Shown here piece by piece: positions 7,857 to 18,180 of a stretch of 64,000 bases of DNA. The stretch lies in contig CAVZYD010000006.1 in assembly GCA_963779425.1 (NCBI GenBank), forward strand, positions 372,447 to 436,446. The letters are read 5' to 3'. Under the pieces are notes generated by a model. It was not told the origin of the DNA. It did not search any database and saw only the letters and a list, made by a program, of their open reading frames with translations. The translations under genes were made by a program, and so were the position numbers. The DNA is from an uncultured Acidimicrobiaceae bacterium. GTDB lineage: Bacteria > Actinomycetota > Acidimicrobiia > Acidimicrobiales > Bog-793. Numbering within the stretch: the first letter of the stretch is position 1; the number at the start of each line of letters is the position of its first letter.

Positions 7857-10823
7857 ATGCCCAAGCCATTAGTCATCGTCGAGTCACCGGCGAAGGCCAA
7901 GACAATCGCCGGATATCTCGGCACTGACTACGTCGTCGAGTCCTCCATCGGCCATATCCGCGATCTCCCCAGATCGGCCGCGGACGTGCCGGCCGCCTTC
8001 AAGGCCGAGCCCTGGGCCCGTTTAGGAGTCGATGTCGACAACGACTTCAAGCCCCTTTACGTCGTCTCGCGGGAAAAGCGCGAACAGGTGGCCAAGCTGC
8101 GCCGCCTCGTCTCCGGCGCGAGCGAGATCTACCTCGCCACAGACGAGGACCGTGAAGGCGAGTCCATCGCCTGGCACCTCTACGAGGTGCTCTCGCCAAC
8201 GGTCCCGGTCCTGCGCATGGTCTTCCACGAGATCACCCCGGCGGCTATCCGCTCTGCCATCGAGCATCCCCGGGAGCTAGACCGGCGCCTTGTCGACGCC
8301 CAGGAGGCCAGGCGTATCCTCGACAGGCTTTATGGCTACGAGGTGTCGCCGGTGCTGTGGCGCAAGGTCGCCAAGGGCCTGTCCGCCGGCAGGGTGCAAA
8401 GTGTCGCCACCCGCATCGTGGTCGAGCGCGAGCGCGAGCGGATGCGGTTCCGCTCCGCGAGCTGGTGCAACGTCGAAGGGAGCTTCTCCACCGAGGCGCA
8501 GCCCTTTTCTGCCCGCCTGGTCGACATCGACGGCCGCCGCGTGGCGACGGGGGAGGACTTCGCCCCGACGGGCACGCTCGTGGCTCCCGAGGAGGTCGTC
8601 CTTCTCGACGAGCCTGGCGCGAGCGGTCTCGTCGCCGTCCTCGACGGTGTCGAGTTCACCGTCGAGAGCGTCGAGGAGCGGCCCTACCGGCGCTCGCCGG
8701 CCGCCCCGTTCATCACCTCCACCCTGCAGCAGGAGGCCGCCCGCAAGCTGCGCTTCTCGGCACAACGGACCATGCAGGTCGCCCAGCACCTTTACGAGCG
8801 GGGTTACATCACCTACATGCGGACCGACTCGACGACCCTGTCGGACACCGCTGTCAAGGCTGCCCGCGAGCAGGCCCGGGCGCTTTACGGTGAGAACTCG
8901 GTCCCGCGCTCTCCCCGGGTGTACCGCAGCAGGGTGAAAAACGCCCAGGAGGCCCACGAGGCGATCCGACCGGCCGGCGACCGGTTCCGCACCCCCTCCC
9001 AGCTCGGCGCCGAGCTCAAAGGTGAAGAGCGCCGGCTCTACGAGCTCGTCTGGCAACGGACGGTCGCCTCGCAGATGAACGACGCCACCGGGACGAGCGC
9101 CCGGGCCCGCATCGAGGCTCGGACGAAGGCCGAGTGCGCTGTCGCGAGCGCCGGGACGAAGGCGGCGTTCGTGGCCACGGGCACGGTCATTACCAACCCC
9201 GGCTTTCTCGCCGTCTATCGCGAGGGCGACGACGACAACGACAACGAGCGCCGCAGCGACCAGGACGTGCGCCTGCCCCGGCTCGTGGCCGGGAACAAGG
9301 TGAACTGCGACGGCCTCGAGGTCGAGGACCACGCCACCAAGCCGCCGGCGCGCTACACCGAGGCTTCGCTCGTCCGCCGCTTGGAGGAGCTGGGCGTCGG
9401 CCGGCCCTCGACGTACGCGAGCATCATCGGGACCATCCAAGACCGCGGCTATGTCTGGAAAAAGGGAACGGCCCTCGTGCCGTCGTTCACCGCCTTCGCC
9501 GTCGTCGGACTGCTGGAGGAGCACTTCGCCAACCTGGTCGACTACGGCTTCACGGCCTCGATGGAGGACGACCTCGACGAGATCGCCTCCGGAGGCGAGG
9601 AACAGGTCCCATGGCTCGAGCGCTTCTACTTCGGTGAGAGCGCGCCGGGAGCGGTGCAGCCGGCCAAGGCGTCCGGACGCTCACTCGCGGTCGACGGCGT
9701 GCACGGCCTCAAGCAGGCCGTCTCGCTGCATCTCGCCGAGATCGACGCCCGGGAGGTCAACTCGATCCTGCTCGGCACCGATGCCGACGGGCGTGAGATC
9801 GTTGTAAGGGTGGGCCGCTACGGCCCCTACCTGCAGCGCGGTGACGACCGTGCCGCCGTTCCGGACGACCTGGCCCCGGACGAGGTCACTTTGGAGAAGG
9901 CGGCCGAGCTGCTCGAGACCCCTTCGTCGGACCGCGTGCTCGGTCAGGACCCGGCGACGGGCAAGGCCGTCTTGCTGCGAGCGGGGCGATTTGGCCCTTA
10001 CGTCCAGCTCGGAGAAGCTGCCGCGGAGACCGACAAGCCGCGCACGGCGTCACTGCTAAAGACGATGGAAGTATCGGATGTCACCTTGGAGGAGGCGCTG
10101 CGCCTCTTGCAGCTCCCCCGGAGCGTGGGCGCCGATCCCGAGACGGGCGAGGAGATCATCGCAGCCAACGGGCGGTTCGGTCCCTTCTTGAAGCGGGGCA
10201 CCGAGACCCGCAGCCTCGAGACCGAGGACCAGCTATTCAGCGTCACGATCGAGGAGGCTTTAAACCTGTTCTCCGCACCCAAGCAGCGCCGCTACGGTGT
10301 CACGGCTGCGCCGCTTCGCGAGCTCGGGGCCGACCCGGAGTCGGGATCGCCGATCGTCTTGCGTTCCGGCCGTTTCGGCCCCTATGTCACCGACGGGACG
10401 ACGAACGCATCGTTGCGACGTGGCGACGATCCTGACGAGCTCACCCTCGAGCGGGCGGCCGAGCTGATCGCCGATCGACGTGCAGCAGGCCCGTCCAAGC
10501 GCGGGGCCCGCAAGGCCACCGGAACGAAAAAAGCTGGGGCGCGCAAGGCGACCGCGGCCAAAAAGACCGGGGCGCGCAAGGCGACCGCAGCCAAGAAGAC
10601 GGCGCCCCGCAAGGCGACCGCGGCCAAGACGACAGCGGCAGGCAAAGCGAGCGGCACCCGCTCGGTTGCCGGGGCCAAGACCGCGGCGGCGAAGAAGTCC
10701 GCCACCCGTGCCACCGCCACGGCCCGTGGCTCGGGCGCGAAGAAGCTCGCCGCGCCAAGAGCGCCGGGAGCCGCCCTCAGAACGACAGGTGCCGGCTCGA
10801 CGTCGCGCTCCGAAGACTGGTAG
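7857..10823 (+). CDS. topA: DNA topoisomerase I (type IA) with actinobacterial C-terminal repeats and Lys-rich tail
   Basis: LVIVESPAKAKTI, ATDEDREGE, SAGRVQS, catalytic ITYMRTDS, repeated GRFGPY units. Confidence 0.97.
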   Translation: MPKPLVIVESPAKAKTIAGYLGTDYVVESSIGHIRDLPRSAADVPAAFKAEPWARLGVDVDNDFKPLYVVSREKREQVAKLRRLVSGASEIYLATDEDREGESIAWHLYEVLSPTVPVLRMVFHEITPAAIRSAIEHPRELDRRLVDAQEARRILDRLYGYEVSPVLWRKVAKGLSAGRVQSVATRIVVERERERMRFRSASWCNVEGSFSTEAQPFSARLVDIDGRRVATGEDFAPTGTLVAPEEVVLLDEPGASGLVAVLDGVEFTVESVEERPYRRSPAAPFITSTLQQEAARKLRFSAQRTMQVAQHLYERGYITYMRTDSTTLSDTAVKAAREQARALYGENSVPRSPRVYRSRVKNAQEAHEAIRPAGDRFRTPSQLGAELKGEERRLYELVWQRTVASQMNDATGTSARARIEARTKAECAVASAGTKAAFVATGTVITNPGFLAVYREGDDDNDNERRSDQDVRLPRLVAGNKVNCDGLEVEDHATKPPARYTEASLVRRLEELGVGRPSTYASIIGTIQDRGYVWKKGTALVPSFTAFAVVGLLEEHFANLVDYGFTASMEDDLDEIASGGEEQVPWLERFYFGESAPGAVQPAKASGRSLAVDGVHGLKQAVSLHLAEIDAREVNSILLGTDADGREIVVRVGRYGPYLQRGDDRAAVPDDLAPDEVTLEKAAELLETPSSDRVLGQDPATGKAVLLRAGRFGPYVQLGEAAAETDKPRTASLLKTMEVSDVTLEEALRLLQLPRSVGADPETGEEIIAANGRFGPFLKRGTETRSLETEDQLFSVTIEEALNLFSAPKQRRYGVTAAPLRELGADPESGSPIVLRSGRFGPYVTDGTTNASLRRGDDPDELTLERAAELIADRRAAGPSKRGARKATGTKKAGARKATAAKKTGARKATAAKKTAPRKATAAKTTAAGKASGTRSVAGAKTAAAKKSATRATATARGSGAKKLAAPRAPGAALRTTGAGSTSRSEDW
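10503..10634 (+). repeat. Four imperfect 33-bp tandem repeats encoding (GARKATAAKKT)n in the TopA tail
   Basis: Units start at 10503, 10536, 10569 and 10602 (consensus ggggcgcgcaaggcgaccgcggccaaaaagacc). Confidence 0.85.
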
Positions 10824-10919
10824 AGCCTCTCGCCTCTTAGGACAAGTTGTGAAATGCTCTCCGCAAATCTGAAAGGCGCGGAGGGCGGGAGGCTTCGCCC
10901 AAACACCTAAGGGGGTCAA

Positions 10920-11621
10920 GTGGCGAAGAAACTAATCGCAGAGCTTGTCGGCACTTTCATCCTGGTTTTCTTTGCCGTTGGCAGCGCCGTCGGCGGTATC
11001 AATGTGATCGGGCCGGCCGGTGTCGCCCTCGCCTTCGGTCTCGTGCTGCTCGCCCTCGTTTATGCGATCGGCCCGGTTTCGGGCTGTCACGTCAACCCGG
11101 CAGTCACCTTGGGAGCGCTCATCTCAGGTCGGATCCAGGTGAGCGAGGCGGTTGGCTACTGGGTGGTGCAGTTCATCGGAGGCATTGCCGGTGGCGCCAT
11201 GTTGAAGCTCATGACCTCGAGTTTCGGCAAGGTCGTCGACCAGACCAAAGGACTCGGCACAGACTCCTACGGCAAGCACATCAGCGAGGGGGGTGCCTTC
11301 GTGCTCGAGATCGTGCTCACGTTCCTGCTCGTGTTCGTGGTGCTCATGGTCACCGAGAAGGGCGCCGCGGCTGGTTTTGCCGGGCTGGCGATCGGATTGT
11401 CCCTGACGGTGATCCATCTCGTCGGCATCCCGCTGGACGGCACCTCGGTGAACCCGGCGCGGGCGCTCGGCCCGGCGGTGTTCGAGGGGGGAAAGGCACT
11501 CGGGCAGGTGTGGCTGTTCATCGTGGCGCCGCTCGTCGGGGGCGTGCTGGCGGCCGGTCTCAACATCTTGTTGCGGAGCGAATCGAAGCCGCTCGAGCCA
11601 GAGCTCAAGGCCGAAGCCTGA
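10920..11621 (+). CDS. aqpZ: MIP family channel (aquaporin Z-like)
   Basis: AELVGTF, SGCHVNPAVT and GTSVNPAR (two NPA motifs), six TM helices. Confidence 0.88.
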   Translation: MAKKLIAELVGTFILVFFAVGSAVGGINVIGPAGVALAFGLVLLALVYAIGPVSGCHVNPAVTLGALISGRIQVSEAVGYWVVQFIGGIAGGAMLKLMTSSFGKVVDQTKGLGTDSYGKHISEGGAFVLEIVLTFLLVFVVLMVTEKGAAAGFAGLAIGLSLTVIHLVGIPLDGTSVNPARALGPAVFEGGKALGQVWLFIVAPLVGGVLAAGLNILLRSESKPLEPELKAEA

Positions 11622-11672
11622 GATTCAACGCGCTTCGCCGGGCTGGGCTGTAGAGGCTCTATCGTTCGAGAC

Positions 11673-12317
11673 GTGGGCAAAACGGGCCGCCTGGTCGCGA
11701 TCGAAGGCGGCGAGGGCGCCGGCAAGTCGACCCAGGCCGGTCTGCTCGCGACCTCGATCGGCGCCGAACTGAGCCGTGAGCCCGGCGGAAGCCCGATCGC
11801 CGAGCGCATCCGGGCCTTGCTCTTGGACCCCTCGCTCGGCCCGCTCGCGCCGAGGGCGGAGCTGCATCTCATGTTGGCCGCCCGCGCCGAGCACCTGAGC
11901 GCCCGGATCGAGCCCGCCCTCGCCGCCGGCATCAACGTCGTCGTGGACCGCTTCTCGGGCTCGACGCTCGCTTACCAGGGATATGGCCGCGGGTTGCCGA
12001 TCGCTCAGGTGCGCCAGGCATGCGACCTCGCCGCGGGCGGGAGGTGGCCGGACCTGTCGGTCCTGTTGGATATTCCTCTCGAGCTGGCGCAATCGCGCCG
12101 CGCTCTCGAGCGGGCACACCTGCCCGGCATGGACCGCGACCGCATCGAGGCCGAGGACACCGCTTTCCATTCAAGAGTAAGCGAAGGCTTCCGCACGCTC
12201 GCCACCGACGACCCCGAGCACTGGGTCGTCATCGACGGTTCCCTGCCCCCCTCAAAGGTGGCGGCGGATGTGCTACAGGCCGTCCGGACGCGTACCGGTA
12301 TCGGAGATCTTTCATGA
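11673..12317 (+). CDS. tmk: Thymidylate (dTMP) kinase
   Basis: IEGGEGAGKSTQ P-loop, REPGG, DRFSGSTLAYQGYGRG. Confidence 0.95.
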   Translation: MGKTGRLVAIEGGEGAGKSTQAGLLATSIGAELSREPGGSPIAERIRALLLDPSLGPLAPRAELHLMLAARAEHLSARIEPALAAGINVVVDRFSGSTLAYQGYGRGLPIAQVRQACDLAAGGRWPDLSVLLDIPLELAQSRRALERAHLPGMDRDRIEAEDTAFHSRVSEGFRTLATDDPEHWVVIDGSLPPSKVAADVLQAVRTRTGIGDLS

Positions 12318-13388
12318 CCCTCGTCAAAGGGCCCACCGGGGCCCCCGTCCTCGACCGGGTGAAGGGCCAGCCTGACGCCGTGCGGGTTCTTCGCGGGTCC
12401 TTGCGAGCTCCGGTGCACGCCTACTTCTTCGTCGGCCCCCGTGGAACGGGCCGCCGCGACGCGTCGATCGCTTTCGCGGCGGCGCTGCTTTGCCCCGACG
12501 GGGGTTGTGGACAGTGCCCTTCGTGCCAAGAGGCGCTCGCCCTTCGCCATCCTGATCTTGCTGTGATCGAGCGCGTCGGAGCCTCGATCCTGGTCGAGCA
12601 GGCAGAACAGGTCGTGTACATGTCCCTGCGCTCGCCCAGAACATCGCGGTACCAGGTGCTCGTTCTCGTCGACTTCGACCTCGTCGACGAGGCCGCCCCG
12701 ATGCTGCTCAAGACGATCGAGGAGCCGCCCGACACGACCGTGATCATCATCACGGGCGAGACGGTGCCGCGCTCGTTCGTGACCATCGCCAGCAGGTGTG
12801 TCCATGTGCCGTTCAAGCCGCTCGACAGACGCGTCGATCGTCGAGGTCCTCCTGGCCGAAGGCGTCGAGGTCGCGACAGCCAACTTGGTCGCCGAGGCTG
12901 CGGGCGGACGTTTGGACCGGGCACGGCTCTTGGCCCGCGACCCCGGATTCGTCGAGCGCCTGCACCGCTGGAGGGCGGTTCCGAGCCGGCTCGACGGGAC
13001 CGGCGCCAGGGTCGCCGAGCTCGCCGACGAGCTGGTGGCTTCGGCCAGCGAGCCGTTAGATGTGGTGCGGGCGCGCCAGGCCGAGGAGATCGCCTCGCTT
13101 CAAGAACAAGCCGAACGGCGGGGCGAGAAGACCATCGCGGGGCGGGCCGCCATAGATGCCCGCCACAAGCGGGAACTGCGCCGGGTGCGCACCGATGAAC
13201 TGCGTGCAGGCCTCGACGGTCTCCTGTCGGTCTACCGCGAGCGCCTCTTGGCGCCTGAGCCCTCCCCACAGCGCCTGAGGGCAACCCTCGCCGCCATGGG
13301 GGTCATCGACGAGGCCGCGACACGCCTCAGCCGCAACGTGAACGAGACGATGCTGTTGCAGTGGCTGCTCTTGCACCTCGATACCTGA
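12314..13388 (+). CDS. holB: DNA polymerase III subunit delta' with a +1 frameshift near 12827 (probable sequence error)
   Basis: HAYFFVGPRGTG, zinc module CPDGGCGQCPSC, LLKTIEEPP, TIASRC in one frame. The C-terminal half (DASIVEVLL..RNVNETMLLQWLLL) is in the next frame. Follows tmk with ATGA overlap. Confidence 0.85.
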
Positions 13389-13513
13389 GCGGAGCCTCGC
13401 CTGCAAAAGCCATGGACGCCGAGCGCGCTCGGGGCCCCGCGCCGGAGCCGTCGAGCCCCTCGCCCGGGTTGGCCTGACCAGGCTCGGGAGATTCTCGCCC
13501 TCGTGACAATGTC

Positions 13514-14314
13514 TCAGCGCTTCGGTCGCACCTCGTAGCGCCGCTGGTTGAGCACCGGAAGCGCCTCGCGCACCGACCGCAGGCGCTCGAGGGAGATCTC
13601 CGCCGTGGCGACGCCGTCTTTCTCGCCGAGGGCGGCCAGCTCGATTCCCATTGGGTCGAGCACGAGGCTGTGGCCGCAGTACCTCGGAGGAGGCTGGGCA
13701 GCCGCGGCCAGGTACGAGGTGTTCTCGATCGCCCGTGCCCGGCACATCGTCGACCAGTGCTCCTGCTTGAGCGGCCCTGGGACCCAGGCGGCGGGCACGG
13801 CGAACACGTTGACACCCCTGTCGACGAGGACGCGGAAAAGCTCCGGGAAACGCAAGTCGTAGCAGGTCACCACGCCCACCGCGAACTCCCCGAGCGCCAG
13901 CACCAAGAGCTCGTCACCGTCGATGGGACCTGGCACGAGGGCGTCGGACTCCTTGTGGCCTAGGGCGTCGTAAAGGTGGAGCTTGCGGTACTGGCCGAGC
14001 AAACCCGTCTCACCGAGGGCCACCACCGTGTTGTGCACCCGCCGTTCTCCGGGGACGGCCTCGCACATGCCGGCGACAACGGTCACGCCCAGCTCGGCGG
14101 CTAGGTCCGCCAGGGCGCTGACGAAGGGGCCGTCGAGGAGCTCGGCGGCTTGGGACAGCTCCTCTGGCGGCCTGTCAATGGGGTACATGGCGGCCTCGGG
14201 GAACACGACGAGCTCGGCACCGCCCTCGGCGGCAGTCTTCAGCAGTGTCGACAAACGGGCACGGTTGGCGGCCGAGTCAGGTTCAGAGGCGAATTGGGCA
14301 ACGGCGAGCTTCAC
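13514..14314 (-). CDS. Carbon-nitrogen hydrolase (Nit1/deaminated glutathione amidase-like)
   Basis: Catalytic triad contexts VFPE, YRKLHLYD, TCYDLRFPE; RARAIEN. Confidence 0.9.
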   Translation of the reverse strand: MKLAVAQFASEPDSAANRARLSTLLKTAAEGGAELVVFPEAAMYPIDRPPEELSQAAELLDGPFVSALADLAAELGVTVVAGMCEAVPGERRVHNTVVALGETGLLGQYRKLHLYDALGHKESDALVPGPIDGDELLVLALGEFAVGVVTCYDLRFPELFRVLVDRGVNVFAVPAAWVPGPLKQEHWSTMCRARAIENTSYLAAAAQPPPRYCGHSLVLDPMGIELAALGEKDGVATAEISLERLRSVREALPVLNQRRYEVRPKR

Positions 14315-15294
14315 TCAGAGACTTTCCCACTTTCCGCCGAGATCGTGTTGGCGTAACTGGCCTCGAGCTCTTGCCACAGCCGGTCGGGAAAGGGCGAGGT
14401 CGCCTTGCCGGAGAGCGAGTTCTCGAGGAGGGAGAGGTGTACGTGCCAGGCGGCGAGTGTTCCGGCCTCGCTCCAGTGACCTCGCACGGTGTGGGTGAGA
14501 AGAAGCAGGCAGCTCGCCCCCACGCCGATGAGCTGCCACTTGACGACGCCGTCCGGTTCGCCGGGGCTGGTCCAGGTGTACTCGAGCACCTTGGGGGCAT
14601 CGAGGCGCGTCACGGTCCCGGTCACCGTGCAACCCGCAGGAGTGGCGAAGCGCAACTGGACCGGTTCCCCTTCGCTTAGGACGGTGCTCGTCTCGGCCAA
14701 CCAGTCGGCTAGGCGCCCGGGTCGGGTGAGGGCATCCCAGACCTCTGCCACCGGATGGTCGAGCAAGCGCTCGAAGCGAAGCTCGGCGGTCTCTCCGTTA
14801 CGGGCGAAGATCCCCTCGGTACCGAACTCATTGGCGTAGTGCTCGTAGAGGCTGTGCCAGTCCTCGCCCGGGGCCAGCGTGCCGTCCAAGGCGGCTACGA
14901 GCGAGCCGAGACAGACCGTCCATCCCGCCGCCGAGCGCGGCGCGCTCGCCCGGTTGGCGAAACTGTGGCTGAACACGAGCACGCAGCCTGTGCCCTCGGG
15001 GCTCAGCTCGAAGCGGAGCAGATCCTCGCCCCAGGTGAAGGCGAACAGCCGAGGAGGATCGAGCGCGGTGACCGTGCCACGGGTGGGCAGCAGCTCGGGG
15101 TCGCCTTCGAAATAGGTGTTGGCGAAGGTGACCTTTCCGCCCAGGGCGAAGTCGATTTCGACTCTGCCGGGGAACCAGGCGGCGAGTTGGGCCGGCTCTG
15201 TCACAGCCCCCCAGACCTGTTCCACGGGGTGGGAGAGGTGCCGTTCGAAGCGGAGCACAAAGCGGTCCCCTTCGCGATGAAGCGTCCCGTCCAT
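14311..15294 (-). CDS. SRPBCC (AHSA1-like) protein with two tandem domains
   Basis: Duplicated LRFERxLxHPVxxVWxAxTxPxxLAxW...W motifs. Lies downstream of an ArsR gene. Confidence 0.85.
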   Translation of the reverse strand: MDGTLHREGDRFVLRFERHLSHPVEQVWGAVTEPAQLAAWFPGRVEIDFALGGKVTFANTYFEGDPELLPTRGTVTALDPPRLFAFTWGEDLLRFELSPEGTGCVLVFSHSFANRASAPRSAAGWTVCLGSLVAALDGTLAPGEDWHSLYEHYANEFGTEGIFARNGETAELRFERLLDHPVAEVWDALTRPGRLADWLAETSTVLSEGEPVQLRFATPAGCTVTGTVTRLDAPKVLEYTWTSPGEPDGVVKWQLIGVGASCLLLLTHTVRGHWSEAGTLAAWHVHLSLLENSLSGKATSPFPDRLWQELEASYANTISAESGKVSE

Positions 15295-15297
15295 AGT

Positions 15298-15597
15298 TCA
15301 GTCCTTCCCGTCGAGGTGGGCTTCGAGTGCGTCAAGGCGACCCGACCAGAAATGGCGGTAAGGGCTCAGCCAGGCGTCGAGCTCGGCGAGCGGCTCCGGT
15401 CGCAGCTGATACAAGCGGCGTTGAGCCTCGACATGCGCCTCGACCAGGCCGGCCTCACGCAGCACGCGCAGGTGCTTGGAGACCCCGGGCTGGCTCAGCC
15501 CGAGGTCCGTCACGAGCTCGCCGACCGACCGCTCCCTCTCCCGCAGCAGGTCGAGGATCCGCCGCCGGGATGGCTCGGCGAGGACGGCGAAAGTCAC
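15298..15597 (-). CDS. ArsR/SmtB family transcriptional regulator
   Basis: FAVLAEPSRRRILDLL..SVGELV..LSQPGVSKHLRVLREAGLV. Confidence 0.92.
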   Translation of the reverse strand: MTFAVLAEPSRRRILDLLRERERSVGELVTDLGLSQPGVSKHLRVLREAGLVEAHVEAQRRLYQLRPEPLAELDAWLSPYRHFWSGRLDALEAHLDGKD

Positions 15598-15640
15598 TCC
15601 GTTAGTATGCTCAATTAGTTATATAGCTGTCAAGGAATAT
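15598..15640 (-). promoter_or_regulatory. Sigma70-type promoter for a leaderless arsR-SRPBCC-nitrilase operon
   Basis: Minus strand TTGACA (15633-15628), 18 bp, CATACT (15609-15604), 6 nt, GTG. AT-rich island likely overlapping the ArsR operator. Confidence 0.65.
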
Positions 15641-15681
15641 AAAGGCGCCAATCGTTGTCGGTCCGCTCAGCTGTAACGGGC

Positions 15682-16308
15682 TCAGCTCTTGTCCTCGATC
15701 TCCCAGGCGTGGTCCATGACGTGCCAGGCGATGCGACGGGCCCCATAGCGGGGCGGCCATCCCTTTTCGACGACCGGAGCGTCGTCGCACGGTGAGCCCA
15801 GCAGCCCTATCAAGGCCGCACGGATGGCGGGAAGGTCGTTGCCAAGGCGAACGCCGAGTTTGCGGGCATAGGAGATCTCGGCGTCGGAGACGTGGCGCTC
15901 GATCTGGTCGCGGTCGCGACCTCCACCCCGGGGCCCTTTTCTGAGCTCGGCCGGAGCAACTGCAACGACGTCGTCGAACACCTGCCAACAGGCGAGCACC
16001 AGAGCAGCGAGCCGCTTGGCCTCCGTCTTGTTAACGGGCTGACGTTCGTAATCGGCAGGGATCGCCGGCACGCCGAATTCCGTGGTGGAGTTGCCCTCGA
16101 GGCGCTCTACGACCTCGAGGCGTTCGCCCGCATCGGGAGAAAAGACAGTGCCCGACACGGCGGCCACCACGGCATATCGCTTCGCATATGCCGCCAGAAT
16201 CTCGAGCGCCTCGTCCTCCGTGCGACCCGAACGGCACCAGCCAGGCCAATCCAATGCCGAGGCGAACACACGCCGGGGGACGCTCTCAATGCAGACCGCT
16301 GTCGCCAC
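15682..16308 (-). CDS. Conserved actinobacterial hypothetical protein (DinB-like C-terminus)
   Basis: RVFASALDWPGWCRSG, ELRKGPRGGGRDRD..HV..AE, WPPRY.ARRIAWHVMDHAWEIEDKS. Start estimated. Confidence 0.7.
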   Translation of the reverse strand: MATAVCIESVPRRVFASALDWPGWCRSGRTEDEALEILAAYAKRYAVVAAVSGTVFSPDAGERLEVVERLEGNSTTEFGVPAIPADYERQPVNKTEAKRLAALVLACWQVFDDVVAVAPAELRKGPRGGGRDRDQIERHVSDAEISYARKLGVRLGNDLPAIRAALIGLLGSPCDDAPVVEKGWPPRYGARRIAWHVMDHAWEIEDKS

Positions 16309-16572
16309 CGCCGAATTCAACCACGCAGTCTCCCGGCAATGGAGGTCCTCGTAGGCCATTCTGGCGGAGTCCGCCTGCCGTCGGTTTGCCACTGCCAACG
16401 GGCGAGTCGCTCGATCGCGCCATTCTCGTCCAACTGTCACCGTTGTCGTCGGAGAGGTGGATAAAACAAGGGCGATCGTCGTGCTCGAGGCGCAAGCGGC
16501 GCTGTCGGCTCGCCTTTGCGTCCGCACTTCACGTGTCGGACCGAGGACCCGTCACGCTCTATTCTCGCTCAG

Positions 16573-17295
16573 ATGAGCAATGCCTCCCCCAGCGGGCAAG
16601 GCTTGCCGCCCTTTGTCCCGACGCTGGCGGAAGACGAGGTCGAGTGGATCCGCTCTTGGCACGAGCGCGCCTACCGAGAAGGCCGTGCCGAAGCAATCAG
16701 CGCGCAGAGCTTTGACTACCTAGGCCTCCGCCTCCTCGTGCCGCCCGAAGTTATGCCGATCGCACGGGTATCGAACAACCTCGGGGAAGCCGTCATGGCG
16801 GAGGTGCGCAAGGGCGACACTGTGCTCGACATGGGTACCGGAAGTGGGGTCAACGCCCTCCTCGCCGCCTCAAAGGGTGCCCGCGTCGTAGCGGTCGATA
16901 TCAACCCGCATGCAGTTGCTGCCGCACGGGACAACGCCGAGCGGAACCACCTCACTCACTTCGTGGAAGTTCGCCTCAGCGACGTCTTCTCCGCTGTCGG
17001 GGAGCGGTTCGACCTGATCATCTTCGATCCGCCTTACCGTTGGTTCGCACCCCGCGACTGGTTCGAAAGCGCCATGACTGATGAGAACTACGGCGCGCTG
17101 ACGAGGTTCTTCCGCCAAGCACGTGAGCACCTGCGCCCAGAGGGAAGGATGCTCGTCTCCTTCGGTACCTCGGGCGATATCGGCTACCTGAGACAGCTGA
17201 TCGTCGAGGAGGCCTTCAACGAGCAAGTCGTGGCGAGAGTCGAGCTTGTGAGAGACGACAAAAGCGTCGAGTACTTCACCTTCCTCCTGAGCTGA
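16573..17295 (+). CDS. Class I SAM-dependent methyltransferase (HemK/MTS-like)
   Basis: VLDMGTGSG, VDINP, FDLIIFDPPY. Confidence 0.85.
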   Translation: MSNASPSGQGLPPFVPTLAEDEVEWIRSWHERAYREGRAEAISAQSFDYLGLRLLVPPEVMPIARVSNNLGEAVMAEVRKGDTVLDMGTGSGVNALLAASKGARVVAVDINPHAVAAARDNAERNHLTHFVEVRLSDVFSAVGERFDLIIFDPPYRWFAPRDWFESAMTDENYGALTRFFRQAREHLRPEGRMLVSFGTSGDIGYLRQLIVEEAFNEQVVARVELVRDDKSVEYFTFLLS

Positions 17296-17358
17296 GGCCG
17301 GAGCTCGTGTGCCCGCGCGGCCGATGAGAAAGCAAGTCCCTGGCAACCGAGGAGACCG

Positions 17359-18180
17359 GTGGAAGGCATAAGAGGCAAGGTGGTCGGCGAAGACGGTGTG
17401 AGCATCGGCTTGTTGACGGCCGGATCCGGGCCGGCGCTGCTGCTCGTGCACGGAGGAATGGGCCGGCTCGAGAGCTGGGCGCCGGTGTGGTCGAAGCTCG
17501 CCGAGCATCGGCAGGTGACCGCGATGGATCGTCGGGGCAGAGGCACGAGCGGCGACACCGTGGCCTACTCGCTAAGCAAGGAATTCGCCGACATCGTCGC
17601 GGTCGCCACTCACATCGCCGCGAGGCAATCGGCCCCCGTCGACGTCTTTGCGCACAGCTTCGGAGCGACCTGCACCCTCGGCGCCGCCGCCCGAGGCGCC
17701 CCGTTCCGGCGCCTCGCGCTCTATGAACCACCCGGTCCTCAGACCGTTCCAGCCGAGTGGGTCGAACGAGTCTGCGCCCTCGTAGCCGAAGGCAAGTCGG
17801 GTCGCGCCATGTTCAGCTTCGTCACTGAGATCGTCGGTCTGAGCCCTGAGCAGTTCGAGGGCTACCGCAATCTCCCAGGGGCCGAGGGCGTGCTTGCAAT
17901 CGTCGCCGCCACGATGCCACGAGAGGCGCGAGCGCTCACCAGCGTCGACCTGGGCGAACTCGCCGAAGCCGTGGCGGTTCCGGTGCTCTTGCTCCTCGGC
18001 GCGACGAGCCCGGGCTGGGCCGCCCAGATCACCCGTGCCCTCGAGGCAGCGTTGGCCGACCCCCAAGTCGCGGTTCTTGCAGGCCAAGGGCACGACGCCC
18101 TCGACTCAGCTCCAGACCTCGTCGTCGAAGAGCTGGTGCGTTTTTTCGACAGCCCCGGGTCGCCCTTGGCTGGCAGCTAA
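17359..18180 (+). CDS. Alpha/beta fold hydrolase
   Basis: LLVHGG, DRRGRGTSGD, nucleophile AHSFG, LYEPP, GQGH. Confidence 0.88.
   Translation: MEGIRGKVVGEDGVSIGLLTAGSGPALLLVHGGMGRLESWAPVWSKLAEHRQVTAMDRRGRGTSGDTVAYSLSKEFADIVAVATHIAARQSAPVDVFAHSFGATCTLGAAARGAPFRRLALYEPPGPQTVPAEWVERVCALVAEGKSGRAMFSFVTEIVGLSPEQFEGYRNLPGAEGVLAIVAATMPREARALTSVDLGELAEAVAVPVLLLLGATSPGWAAQITRALEAALADPQVAVLAGQGHDALDSAPDLVVEELVRFFDSPGSPLAGS

Noticed and set aside
10503-10760. Lys/Ala-rich repeat as a separate histone-like gene or novel repeat element
   Set aside because: It is in frame with TopA and is the known actinobacterial TopA C-terminal tail.
12810-12840. Programmed ribosomal frameshift in holB, by analogy with dnaX tau/gamma
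   Set aside because: No slippery heptamer or A-run at the site, and similar indels occur in several unrelated genes. Sequence error is more parsimonious.
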